Positions 46,327 to 55,880 of a stretch of 64,000 bases of DNA are shown piece after piece (within the stretch, counting starts at the first letter, position 1; each line of letters starts with the position of its first letter). Where the stretch lies: positions 6,253 through 70,252 of the forward strand of contig CAZUJQ010000002.1 in the NCBI GenBank assembly GCA_964620805.1. Reading direction: 5' to 3'. The notes beneath the pieces were generated by a model. It was not told the DNA's origin. It ran no database searches and worked only from the letters and a program-made list of their open reading frames with translations. Source of the stretch: an uncultured Planctomycetales bacterium (lineage in GTDB: Bacteria; Omnitrophota; Gorgyraeia; Zapsychrales; JAHFFX01). A program made the translations under genes and the position numbers.

Positions 46327-47606
46327 CTTAAAAAATCCTTGATGACACCAGCGAGTTGATCGAGATCTTTTGACTCGTGAACTGCCGCAATAAAAAACGC
46401 CTCCAAATCCGCGGGGGGCCAGAAAATCCCTGCCTGCAAAAGTCGTTGAAAAAGCCGAGCATACTTTTCTTTTGAGTTGGCCTTCAACGCTTCATGATAA
46501 TCCAAAGGCGGCTTAAGGGCAAACCAAAGGCTCATCATGGATTGATAGCCCGACAAGGAAGCGGGGATATTCTCTCTTTGAAAATATCCATTGAGATCAT
46601 CACAGAAGCGCCGCGCCAGGCTTCCCAGACGTTTATACACTTTGGCATTGAGGGCTTTTAACGTCACCAATCCGGCTGTCATGACAACCGGGTTCCCCGA
46701 GAAGGTTCCGGCTTGGTAGACTTCCCCTAAGGGCGCGAGGCAATCCATAATATCTTTTCTCCCTCCATACGCGCCCACAGGGAAACCTCCGCCGATGATC
46801 TTTCCCAGGCACGTCATATCCGGAATGATGTTTAATTCAGATTGCACACAACCCAGATGGGTTCGGAATCCGGTTATAATCTCATCAAAAATCAAAATGA
46901 TTTTATAGCGGCTGGTCAATCGGCGCAAAGTCTTTAAAAAATCCATTTGAACGGGAATCACCCCCATGTTGCCGGCCACCGGCTCCAGGATGACACAGGC
47001 GATCTGGGAATGAAAACGCTCCAAGGTCTCTCCCAGAACCTGGGTATTATTATAGGGAAGGCTGATCGTGTCTGTGATGTGCGAAGGAGTAATTCCCAAA
47101 CTCGAGGATTCTTTCAGATGGCTTACTCCGGAGCCGGCCTTAATCAGGAAATCGTCAAAATGACCGTGATAACAGCCATCGAATTTTACGATCTTATGAC
47201 GTTGGGTATAGCCACGGGCCAACCTAACCGCGCTCATTGTGGCCTCGGTCCCGGAGTTGACAAAACGGATGCGCTCCAGGGAGGGAACATGGTGCACAAT
47301 GAATTTGGCAATTTCGATCTCTGGACGGGTGGTTGTGCCGAAGCCCGTTCCATTTTTAAGTGCTTTTTTTATGGCGGAAAGCACTTTGGGATGGGCGTGT
47401 CCTAAAATCAAGGCCCCCCAGGACAAACAATAATCGGTATAGGATCGGTTGTCCTCATCGTAGACTTGGCGTCCTTTGGCTTTCTTTATCATCAGAGGAT
47501 CCCCTCCCACCACCTGAAAAGATCGGACAGGACTGTTCACTCCCCCCACCATGACTTGGGGAGCTTCTTTGATCAATGGAATCGAATTTCTCATCCTTCG
47601 ACGCAC
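46311..47606 (-). CDS. hemL: glutamate-1-semialdehyde 2,1-aminomutase
   Basis: Class-III aminotransferase with 'GGVNSPVRSF', PLP-Lys region 'CLGKIIGGGFPVGAYGG'. Confidence 0.85.
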   Translation of the reverse strand: MRRRMRNSIPLIKEAPQVMVGGVNSPVRSFQVVGGDPLMIKKAKGRQVYDEDNRSYTDYCLSWGALILGHAHPKVLSAIKKALKNGTGFGTTTRPEIEIAKFIVHHVPSLERIRFVNSGTEATMSAVRLARGYTQRHKIVKFDGCYHGHFDDFLIKAGSGVSHLKESSSLGITPSHITDTISLPYNNTQVLGETLERFHSQIACVILEPVAGNMGVIPVQMDFLKTLRRLTSRYKIILIFDEIITGFRTHLGCVQSELNIIPDMTCLGKIIGGGFPVGAYGGRKDIMDCLAPLGEVYQAGTFSGNPVVMTAGLVTLKALNAKVYKRLGSLARRFCDDLNGYFQRENIPASLSGYQSMMSLWFALKPPLDYHEALKANSKEKYARLFQRLLQAGIFWPPADLEAFFIAAVHESKDLDQLAGVIKDFLRCGAK

Positions 47607-47752
47607 TCCTCATTTTATTCGTCGTTTGCTCAGGATGACCCTGAGCGTAGTGGTTCGACAGGCTCACCACACTTCTGGTTCGCTTTTCGCTCACCATCCC
47701 GAGCGAAAAGCGAGGGAGAACCACACTGAGCGCAGTCGAAGTGTCGAATGGG

Positions 47753-48736
47753 TCATAGCCATCTTAAGACATCCTGAGCATGATAGCTGATAATGATATC
47801 TGCACCGGCCCTTTTCATGGCGGTCAGGTTTTCCAGGACCACCGCCTTTTCCTCCAGCCATTTTTGCTGGGAAGCGGCTTTGATCATAGCGTATTCCCCG
47901 CTGACACTATAGGCCACAAGGGGGACGTTCAACTCCCGTCTTAAAAGAGAAATCACATCGAGATAAGGAAGGGCCGGTTTCACCATAATGAAATCCGCGC
48001 CCTCCGCGACATCCTGGGCGGCCTCCTTAAGGGCTTCTCTCTGATTGGCGTAATCCATCTGATAGCTCTTGCGGTCCCCAAACTGAGGAGGCGAATCCGC
48101 GGCATCCCGAAAAGGCCCATAAAACGAAGAGGCATACTTGACCGCGTATGACATGATAGGGACATCTGGAAATCCGTTTTGATCCAGGTCGTCTCTGATA
48201 TGCGCCACCCGGAAATCCATCATATCCGAGGGAGCGATGATATCTGCTCCGGCCTGGGCATGTGAGACGGCCATCTTCCCCAACAAGATCAGGGTCTCAT
48301 CATTGTCCACCTCTCCTTTTTTATTGACCACCCCGCAGTGGCCGTGGCTCATATAAGCGCATAAACAAACATCGGTCACAACCAGAAAATCCGGGAATTC
48401 CTTCTTGACCGCTTTCAGAGCCTTTTGCACAATGCCAGAGGAAGAAGTGGCGGCCGTGGCTTTCAAATCCTTTTTTGAGGGAATCCCGAAAAGAAGACCT
48501 GTCTTGCCTCCTGCTTGAATATACTTTTCGATGGCCTTAACGAGGCCATCCACCGAATACCGATAGATTCCCGGCATGGAAGGAATGGCTTCTTTCTTAT
48601 TTTGACCCCCTACGACAAAAAACGGCTGAATGAGTTGATCGGGGCTGATATGCGTCTCACGCACCAAACGCCGGATCCCGTCGTTTTGCCGCAAACGTCG
48701 ATAGCGATGCCTAAACATAGCCTCTCCTTGGATCAT
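47753..48736 (-). CDS. hemB: porphobilinogen synthase (delta-aminolevulinic acid dehydratase)
   Basis: 'DVCLCAYMSHGHCG' Zn-site, 'IMVKPALPYLDVI' active-site Lys region. Confidence 0.85.
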   Translation of the reverse strand: MIQGEAMFRHRYRRLRQNDGIRRLVRETHISPDQLIQPFFVVGGQNKKEAIPSMPGIYRYSVDGLVKAIEKYIQAGGKTGLLFGIPSKKDLKATAATSSSGIVQKALKAVKKEFPDFLVVTDVCLCAYMSHGHCGVVNKKGEVDNDETLILLGKMAVSHAQAGADIIAPSDMMDFRVAHIRDDLDQNGFPDVPIMSYAVKYASSFYGPFRDAADSPPQFGDRKSYQMDYANQREALKEAAQDVAEGADFIMVKPALPYLDVISLLRRELNVPLVAYSVSGEYAMIKAASQQKWLEEKAVVLENLTAMKRAGADIIISYHAQDVLRWL

Positions 48737-50852
48737 TTACTTTCATAAGTATCTCACTCTCATATCCTTTTTCTTTTAACGTCTGATGCGTTGACGGCCC
48801 CCGGCTTAAAATCTGCCAATGACCGGGGATCTCGCCGTAGGCCTCCAGAAAATTTCTCACAATCGAGGGACTGGTAAAAAGAACCTTGCGGATCCCCCCC
48901 ATCGGAAGTTCCTGGAAGGGTGTTTTCCGGTTTTCATAAACGACCAATTCCTGGACACAAGCGCCCAGTCGATTAAGCTCTTCTTTAATATAAGGATTTG
49001 GCAATGAGGAACGGGGAAACAAAATCCGTTTTCCTTTAAGATCATATTTTTCTTTTAAGGTCTGCACGAGACCAGGCCCGGTTTCAAGGGCGGCAATGAT
49101 CGTGGGTTGAATACCGTATTCCCTAAGCAGCGAAGCAGTCTCGCCTCCGATCACGGCCCAATCCAGCTTCCTCGCGTTTAAAGGCAATGTTGTCCCTTCT
49201 CTAATGATCTTTAGAAAATTTCGTATTGTCTCTTCCCTAATGATTTTTAGGAAATACCGCACGGCAAAGCGGCTGGTCAAGATGACCATCTGATAGCTTC
49301 CTAGCTCCTCTCGGATTTGTTCTTTTTGCTGGGCCGTGAATTCCACGGGAACGATATCAATCATAGGAAGATGGACAATCTGGCCTAGGAGTTTGTATTT
49401 ATCAGGATGGGTCCCGAGATACAGGATCCGTTCGTCGGATGTTTTTTCATCGAGGGATTCAAAATGGGTTGACGTATTCGTATCCCAGAATTTAACCACT
49501 GCTCCAATAACAATGAGTGCCGGTGGCTCCAGATGTTGGTTTAAAACAAGCTGTTCAATCGCCTCGATCGTTCCACAGATGAGTTTTTGATCCCAGCGCG
49601 TTCCCCGGGAAATAATCAGGACCGGCGTGTCCTTTTTCCATCCGGATTTATTTAGCGATTGGATAATGAGTTTAAGACGGGTTAACCCCATCAGAAAGAC
49701 AATCGTGTCAACTTTCGGGATTTCCAGGGGTTGGGTGGCGTCAGCGCTCTCCTCCGGGCCGTGGGCGCTTAAGAAGGCGACCGAAGAAGAAACCCCCCGG
49801 GCGGTCAAAGGAATTCCCAGGCTGGATGGGATCCCCGTTGCGGAGCTGATCCCAGGAATGATTTCCACCTCGATATGATAAGCCCGAAGATATTCAATCT
49901 CCTCAGCGCCGCGGCCGAAAATCAGAGGATCGCCGCCTTTGAGGCGCACCACGTTTTTTCCCGCCATGGCGTTTTGGCGGAGCATCTTGGAGAGCTCGCT
50001 TTGTGGCAGGGTGTGTTCCCCTTTTCTTTTTCCCACATAAATCTTCTCGGCTTTGCGGGCATACCTTAACAGAGATTTATCAATAAGATAATCATAAAAG
50101 ACACAATTAGCCCTGCGCAGGGTCTTGATGGCCTTGAGGGTGATGAGTTCCGGGTCGCCGGGACCGGCCCCTACCAGAACGACCTTTCCGTATCGGGCGC
50201 GTACATCCAGGGGTTTGCATAATGCCTTGAGCTCCTCATCTTCAACGCGGCCCACTACGGCGAGCTGTCCTTGTAAGGGAGTGCTCTCCCACGGCATGAT
50301 TTCCGTGATTAAGTGTTCGAGATTCAAGCGTTTGAGAGCGCAGGTGGCCACAATCAGACCATCGATTTTGTTCTGATCAAACAAACTCAAACGCTCTTCA
50401 ATTGTGCCCCGCACCTGAACGGCCGTGGTGTTGGGATTTAAATTTTTCAGGGATTGGCTTCTCATGAGGCTGCTGGTTCCGATCTTTGATCCGGCCTTAA
50501 GATCGGCTAATTTGTTGTGAGCCACGAGACTGTCGGTTTCATCAAGGGAGGCGGTCAAGGCAAAGATCTCCAGGCCTGGGTGCTTCTTTTGGGGAAGATC
50601 TTTGGCGCTATGAATCGCCAAGTCAATCTCTTTTTTAAGAAGAGCCTGATCCAGGCTATCGGTAAAGAAATCATCCGGCACATTTCCCGATAAAGGAGTT
50701 GTTTTATCCAGATCTCCAAGGGTTTCATAGAGAACAAGCTCATAGCGGAGATCTATTCCCTGGGTCTTGGCCAAGGAAAGAACCTCTTCCACTTGTTTTA
50801 TGGCCAGCCGGCTCCGGCGGGAGCCGATTTTAATGGTTCGTTGAGTCGACAT
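48711..50852 (-). CDS. multidomain tetrapyrrole enzyme: HemC-like N-terminal domain + uroporphyrinogen-III C-methyltransferase (CobA) + uroporphyrinogen-III synthase (HemD)
   Basis: N-terminal 'IKIGSRRSRLAIKQ...DLAIHSAKDLP' (porphobilinogen-deaminase-like, ~215 aa); 'VVLVGAGPGDPELITLKAIKTL' SUMT domain; C-terminal HemD-like half. Contains an in-frame 2x33-bp tandem duplication at ~49196-49262 ('ETIRNFLKIIRE' x2). Confidence 0.55.
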   Translation of the reverse strand: MSTQRTIKIGSRRSRLAIKQVEEVLSLAKTQGIDLRYELVLYETLGDLDKTTPLSGNVPDDFFTDSLDQALLKKEIDLAIHSAKDLPQKKHPGLEIFALTASLDETDSLVAHNKLADLKAGSKIGTSSLMRSQSLKNLNPNTTAVQVRGTIEERLSLFDQNKIDGLIVATCALKRLNLEHLITEIMPWESTPLQGQLAVVGRVEDEELKALCKPLDVRARYGKVVLVGAGPGDPELITLKAIKTLRRANCVFYDYLIDKSLLRYARKAEKIYVGKRKGEHTLPQSELSKMLRQNAMAGKNVVRLKGGDPLIFGRGAEEIEYLRAYHIEVEIIPGISSATGIPSSLGIPLTARGVSSSVAFLSAHGPEESADATQPLEIPKVDTIVFLMGLTRLKLIIQSLNKSGWKKDTPVLIISRGTRWDQKLICGTIEAIEQLVLNQHLEPPALIVIGAVVKFWDTNTSTHFESLDEKTSDERILYLGTHPDKYKLLGQIVHLPMIDIVPVEFTAQQKEQIREELGSYQMVILTSRFAVRYFLKIIREETIRNFLKIIREGTTLPLNARKLDWAVIGGETASLLREYGIQPTIIAALETGPGLVQTLKEKYDLKGKRILFPRSSLPNPYIKEELNRLGACVQELVVYENRKTPFQELPMGGIRKVLFTSPSIVRNFLEAYGEIPGHWQILSRGPSTHQTLKEKGYESEILMKVNDPRRGYV

Positions 50853-50947
50853 TTTAGACTTTATATCTCAAATCAGGTGGGGCTCATTATATCAAACGGA
50901 TGGGAAGTAAGGGGGGAATTTTTTGGGGTGGGGATTAAGACCGCGGG

Positions 50948-53023
50948 TTAAAGGTTACCAACCAGTTTTTTGATTTTCGCCAATTGTGCGCGGGCGGCTT
51001 CCTCTCCGCTTTTAATCAACCGATCCACTTGATAAATTTCAAACCAGTTGACACCGATAAGCTCGGGGTGAATGACACAATCGGCCTGCTGGGCGCTCTG
51101 CTCGGCAATAACATATTCGCTGGCCTGTAGGGTGCGGATAATGATATCAGGGATATTGGGTACAAAAAGTTTTTGCAGCCGCACCCCAAGAAACTTCCAG
51201 GGAGAGTGGAAAAAGGGGATCTTATGATCTTCCTCCAGCTGTCTTTTGTCCAGCTCATAGCCTTTGGAAACATCTTCCGGAGATTGAAGGACATTGACCG
51301 CAATGATCTTTTTGATTCCCATCCGCGTCAACACATTGGTGGGTAGGGGATTTAAGACCCCACCGTCAATGATCATCTGATTCCCCTTGATCACGGGGAC
51401 AATCACACCGGGGATCGCGATGCTTTCGCGGACAGCCTCCACGAGGCCTCCCTCTTCAATGATTTGCTCTTGCCGGTGGATGAGATCGTAGCTGGTGATT
51501 TTGAGGGGGATTTTCGTATCGGCAAAGGTCTTATCTCCCAAGTGTTTCCTAAGCCATCTTTTGATGAACCGGCCTCCGATAAATCCCAATAGAGACAGAG
51601 CCGGGTCCAACAATTTAAGGCCCTTATACTCTTTTTCAAACTCCCGGGCGATGGCTTCGATTTGATCCGCCTTGTTCCCAACGACCCAAAGACTCGCGAT
51701 GACCGCTCCCATGCTGCTTCCCACCACCAGATCAATAGGAATCTTTTCTTGTTCCAGAACCCGGATGACCCCGATATGGGCAATCCCCAGGGCCGCGCCG
51801 CCTCCTAAAACGAGCCCCACCATAACCCCTCCGATTCGACGCGCCATCGAGGTGACCGCCAGGGAATACGCGCTGTTCTCATCCGGGAGAATGGCGGTGA
51901 TATCTTCGGAGACGATCGCTCGATTTAATTGCGAGCGCTCAATAAATGGGAGAAAACCGGTGACCGGATAATCCAGAATTTTATGGGTCTCCTCCCGGGA
52001 TAATGGCGCTTGCGGATCCAGATCGCTGATGATCACCTGAACATGGTCTTTGTCAAATTTCTCTTTTAATTTCCGCTGGATGTCATCAATCACCGGACGG
52101 CTCAATTTCAAATTTTTTTCCCTGCGAAGCGAAACCAAATGCACGACATCTGACTGCGTTAACGTCTGCAAGACCACATCGTCCATGTCGTTGGGGAGAT
52201 CCACCACCACATAATAATAATCATAGACCAGGCTGCTCACTAGCTCATTGATGTGACGGGTGGCCGTCTCATGATGAGGATCAAAACTGACATTCAAAAG
52301 GTCTAGGTTGAACTCACCGGTTGTGATGTGTTGTTTGATCTTGCGATGATCCGCGATGAGCTCCGGGAGATACACGCCGGGCTTTTTCCATTGAGGAGAG
52401 GCCTCTCCCACCGCAGAGTCGGGGAGCGGTTCATTGTGCAAGATGGAATTGATATGGAGAAAAATGACACGGCGCTGGGTTTCCCGTTTGAGGCTGAGGG
52501 CGAGATTCATGGCATAGGTCGAACTGCCCGAGCCCTTGACCGGACTGTAAATGGAAATGACGGTGTTCTCTAAGAACGGCTCACTTCGGGTAATCTTGTC
52601 TCGGATCCTTTTGGAGAGGCTCTGGGTCAGCCCAATCCCGAGACCCGGAATCGTCTTGGAGAGATTTAAGAAATCTCCTTTAGGGATTTTGATGACAGTC
52701 GAGTCATTGAGGGCCTCTACGGTTTGAGAATGATTCTCACCGGTAAAAATGGAAACAACCCCGAAATGCATCCCCCTAAAAATGAATTCCACATTCTGTT
52801 TTTTCCCGCTGGGGCTTAAGGTATAAGCCTGCAGACGCCCGGAAACCAGACAATAAAAACCACCGCCCGGGGTATCCTCCTGGCAGATGATATCGCCTTT
52901 TTTATATTCTTCTAAGATGCATTTTCTGGCAATGACGGTGAGCTCAAACCAATTGAACTGGCTGAAAATGGGCAGCTGTTTGATGATGGAAATTTTTTGG
53001 GAAATTTGAGAGAATCCGTTCAT
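50948..53023 (-). CDS. NTE-like protein: cyclic-nucleotide-binding domains + patatin-like phospholipase
   Basis: N-terminal cNMP-binding regions ('GDIICQEDTPGGGFYCLVSGRL'). Patatin 'GLVLGGGAALGIAHIGV', GxSxG 'GSSMG', catalytic 'DGG'. Confidence 0.6.
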   Translation of the reverse strand: MNGFSQISQKISIIKQLPIFSQFNWFELTVIARKCILEEYKKGDIICQEDTPGGGFYCLVSGRLQAYTLSPSGKKQNVEFIFRGMHFGVVSIFTGENHSQTVEALNDSTVIKIPKGDFLNLSKTIPGLGIGLTQSLSKRIRDKITRSEPFLENTVISIYSPVKGSGSSTYAMNLALSLKRETQRRVIFLHINSILHNEPLPDSAVGEASPQWKKPGVYLPELIADHRKIKQHITTGEFNLDLLNVSFDPHHETATRHINELVSSLVYDYYYVVVDLPNDMDDVVLQTLTQSDVVHLVSLRREKNLKLSRPVIDDIQRKLKEKFDKDHVQVIISDLDPQAPLSREETHKILDYPVTGFLPFIERSQLNRAIVSEDITAILPDENSAYSLAVTSMARRIGGVMVGLVLGGGAALGIAHIGVIRVLEQEKIPIDLVVGSSMGAVIASLWVVGNKADQIEAIAREFEKEYKGLKLLDPALSLLGFIGGRFIKRWLRKHLGDKTFADTKIPLKITSYDLIHRQEQIIEEGGLVEAVRESIAIPGVIVPVIKGNQMIIDGGVLNPLPTNVLTRMGIKKIIAVNVLQSPEDVSKGYELDKRQLEEDHKIPFFHSPWKFLGVRLQKLFVPNIPDIIIRTLQASEYVIAEQSAQQADCVIHPELIGVNWFEIYQVDRLIKSGEEAARAQLAKIKKLVGNL

Positions 53024-54870
53024 TTGATAATATCACTCTCCAGCCATTCGAATTCCTTGGCCAGAACACCCTTGGCGATCCGGATCGTTTTTGGGTCGTG
53101 GTTGGATTGATTTTCTTTAAAATTGGCTTCGATGCGTTTTCTCGCTTCCCGGCAAAAGAGATCCGCCAATTCTATCGAATTTTTTGTGATGGAATTCTTG
53201 GCGAGGTGCCCCGCATAGGAAACACTGGCGGCCATGGCAAAAAGATCGGTTCCGATATCCACAACGCGGTTTAAGAGACTCTGTTTGGATTCTAACTTTT
53301 TTTGGTGTCTCAGCATGGCCTGAAAGATCACCCGGCCTAAACGCCGGCTTTTGCTATCAATGAAATTTAGATGATCGACAAGGTTCCCTGGCATAGTTCC
53401 CAAGAAGCCTGTTTTTACGAAAGGTTTCCAGAGCTTAAGATACCACGTCAGGTAATGAAGACCGATAGAGACAGCGTTTTGCATTCGTTTTCCAAACTTA
53501 AGCTTGGGATCGAGAAGCGCTTTGAGCCGTGTCAGATGCGGATCTAGGGCCTCGCGCGCAATAAAAAGGTGCATAATCTCCGTTGTCCCCTCGATGATGA
53601 GATTGATCCGGACATCCCTAAGAACCCTTTCCACCGGCCAATAATCCGCCCCCCTTGCCCGAAGAGAAGAGGCCTGCTCGTATCCCTGGCCGCCGCGGAT
53701 TTGGAGGGTATCATCCACGATTTTCCAGCTATGATAGGTGCAAAAATGTTTCGCCATGGCTGCCTCCAGACGGATATCCTTCTTTTGATCGTCCGCCATG
53801 GCGGCGGTCAGCCAACTGACGGCCTCCATCGCAAAGGTATGGCTGGCCATGGAACCCAGTTTTAATCCGATCGCCTCATGCTCGCCGATGGGCTGGCCCC
53901 ATTGCTTTCGTTTGGCAGCCCACTGCCGGGCCACGTGCAAACACCATTTGGCGATTCCCGCTGAAGCCGCTGGAAGCGTCAAGCGCCCGGTGTTGAGTGT
54001 GGTAAGAGCGAGTTTCAATCCCTCGCCTTCTCCCAGGATGATATTTTCTCGGGGGATCTCGACGTCTTTCAAACGGATCAGGCCATTTTGGATCCCGTGC
54101 AGTCCCATGAAATGGCAGCGGTGGACCACCTCAAAGCCTGGGGTATCTGTCTCCACAATGAAAGCGGTGAATTGTTTTTGTTCTTTGCCATTGACGATTT
54201 TCGGGGGTGTGACCGCCATCACCACGATGACGCCGGCGATGGGACCGTTGGTGCACCATAACTTTTCGCCGTTCAAGAGAAAATATTTCCCATCTTCCAT
54301 TGGGGTTGCGGTTGTGGTCATCTGCCGGGGATCGGAACCGGCGCCTTCTTCGGTTAAGGCAAAGGCGGAAATCATCCCTTGCGCAAATTTGGGAAAGTAT
54401 TTTTTCTTTTGCTCTGGGGTTCCAAAAAGCTTTAGGGGCTGCGGCACTCCAATGCTTTGATGCGCCGAAAGCAAGACCGCCGTGGATCCGCAAAAACTAG
54501 CGACCAGATGAATGGCACGGTTATAATTCACCTGGCTTAAACCTAATCCTCCATATTCTTTAGGGATCTTGATGGCAAAGGCCTTCAGGTCCGCAAGGCC
54601 TTGAATGACCTCCGGAGGAATTACACTGGTTCGATCCACTTCATCCGGGTCCAGTCTCTCTTTGAGCAATTTTTCGAGTTTAGACAGCAATTCGTCGCCT
54701 TGTCTTTTTTCCTCTTCGGATTGAATGGGAAAAGGATAGATCAATGGCCAATCCACAACGCCATGAAAGAGTTTCAAGGCGAAGCTCGGGTACTTCCACT
54801 CCTTCTCCCGTGCCGCCTCAACGAGTTCCAGAGAGGCCCTCTTCTCTTCGCTGATGTGTTTGTCGAACAC
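53020..54870 (-). CDS. long-type acyl-CoA dehydrogenase family protein
   Basis: 'FALTEEGAGSDPRQMTTTA...LNGEKLWCTNGPIAG' ACAD middle-domain motifs; about 600 aa. Confidence 0.7.
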   Translation of the reverse strand: MFDKHISEEKRASLELVEAAREKEWKYPSFALKLFHGVVDWPLIYPFPIQSEEEKRQGDELLSKLEKLLKERLDPDEVDRTSVIPPEVIQGLADLKAFAIKIPKEYGGLGLSQVNYNRAIHLVASFCGSTAVLLSAHQSIGVPQPLKLFGTPEQKKKYFPKFAQGMISAFALTEEGAGSDPRQMTTTATPMEDGKYFLLNGEKLWCTNGPIAGVIVVMAVTPPKIVNGKEQKQFTAFIVETDTPGFEVVHRCHFMGLHGIQNGLIRLKDVEIPRENIILGEGEGLKLALTTLNTGRLTLPAASAGIAKWCLHVARQWAAKRKQWGQPIGEHEAIGLKLGSMASHTFAMEAVSWLTAAMADDQKKDIRLEAAMAKHFCTYHSWKIVDDTLQIRGGQGYEQASSLRARGADYWPVERVLRDVRINLIIEGTTEIMHLFIAREALDPHLTRLKALLDPKLKFGKRMQNAVSIGLHYLTWYLKLWKPFVKTGFLGTMPGNLVDHLNFIDSKSRRLGRVIFQAMLRHQKKLESKQSLLNRVVDIGTDLFAMAASVSYAGHLAKNSITKNSIELADLFCREARKRIEANFKENQSNHDPKTIRIAKGVLAKEFEWLESDIIK

Positions 54871-54907
54871 GTTGATTTGTAGATCTCCTTCTTACCCTAA
54901 CCACATC

Positions 54908-55192
54908 CTATTTCAAATACCTCTCCGCCAGCGTCCCGACCTCTTCCACGCGCACCCCGCTATGCCAAACGCAATCCGGATAAACCATGATATTGACCCC
55001 CTGACTGCACTGACCGAGGCATTTGGCCTGGGCCACGCGGATTTTGGGATGCAACCCCCGTTCCTTGGCTAGACGCCGTAATTCCTGAAAAACCACCTCG
55101 CCCTGATGATCGGCGCAGCTGGGGCTCTGGCCCTGACGGTCATTGGTGCAGACAAAGATTTGCTTTTGATAGGGGATCTCTTTGGTATTCAT
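54908..55192 (-). CDS. thioredoxin-like [2Fe-2S] ferredoxin
   Basis: 'FVCTNDRQGQSPSCADHQ...CLGQCSQGVNIMVYPD' four-Cys pattern of NuoE-like ferredoxins. Confidence 0.55.
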   Translation of the reverse strand: MNTKEIPYQKQIFVCTNDRQGQSPSCADHQGEVVFQELRRLAKERGLHPKIRVAQAKCLGQCSQGVNIMVYPDCVWHSGVRVEEVGTLAERYLK

Positions 55193-55204
55193 GGTTTGTA
55201 CCTT

Positions 55205-55280
55205 CTTTCCTCCGACATCTTTTAAGGATGATATAACAAATCAAAGGCAACCTTGGAACACTAGAAACATGGGCGACTTG
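55205..55280. repeat. family-A element, partial copy A8 (core + right arm only)
   Basis: tccgacatcttttaaggatg ... ggcaacctt-ggaacacta-gaaacatgg-gcgacttg, upstream of the ferredoxin gene. Confidence 0.55.
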
Positions 55281-55322
55281 ACTCCTCGGTGACTTCCACG
55301 AGATTTTGGCTTTCGGGGAGGT

Positions 55323-55880
55323 TCATTGGTTGATTTGAAAAGAATTGATCATATCCCACGCCGTGCCGGCATAGTCCTTATAATGATCCGCGTCAGCGGT
55401 AAAGGTGATGATGTACGCTTTATAACCCTGGATCATCCATACCTGGAGGATCTTAATATCAAACTCGGCCTTGACCACATACTCAATCTTATGGCCGACT
55501 TTACCGGCCAAAACCGCTGGACTCGAATCTAGAACTTCAATGTTCTGGTACATGACCCGCAGTTGATTAATGGCCATCTCGCTAAATTGCATCAGGGGCA
55601 TGGGACGCCCCCCTAAGTCCTGGACCGTGATGTTGAGATTCTCTTGAAAGACATCCATACGGTCTTTCCTGGGAGACTTAAAAGCCACAACCGCCAGGCC
55701 CTCTGCCTTTTCATGGACGGTCCAGTCCTTTGGGTATTTGATCTTAATGCCATAAACAGATTCCTGGTACCATTGATAGCGAGAGGCGCAGCCGGATAAA
55801 GCCGTACTCAAAATAATTAAAATGGATATTGTAAAATTTCTAAAATAGTTCATTGCTAAATCTCCTCCCTCAACCGCCAC
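55323..55880 (-). CDS. putative lipoprotein of unknown function (start probably MNYFRNF at ~55853)
   Basis: Signal plus lipobox 'LSGC'; no recognisable catalytic motifs. Confidence 0.35.
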   Translation of the reverse strand: MAVEGGDLAMNYFRNFTISILIILSTALSGCASRYQWYQESVYGIKIKYPKDWTVHEKAEGLAVVAFKSPRKDRMDVFQENLNITVQDLGGRPMPLMQFSEMAINQLRVMYQNIEVLDSSPAVLAGKVGHKIEYVVKAEFDIKILQVWMIQGYKAYIITFTADADHYKDYAGTAWDMINSFQINQ

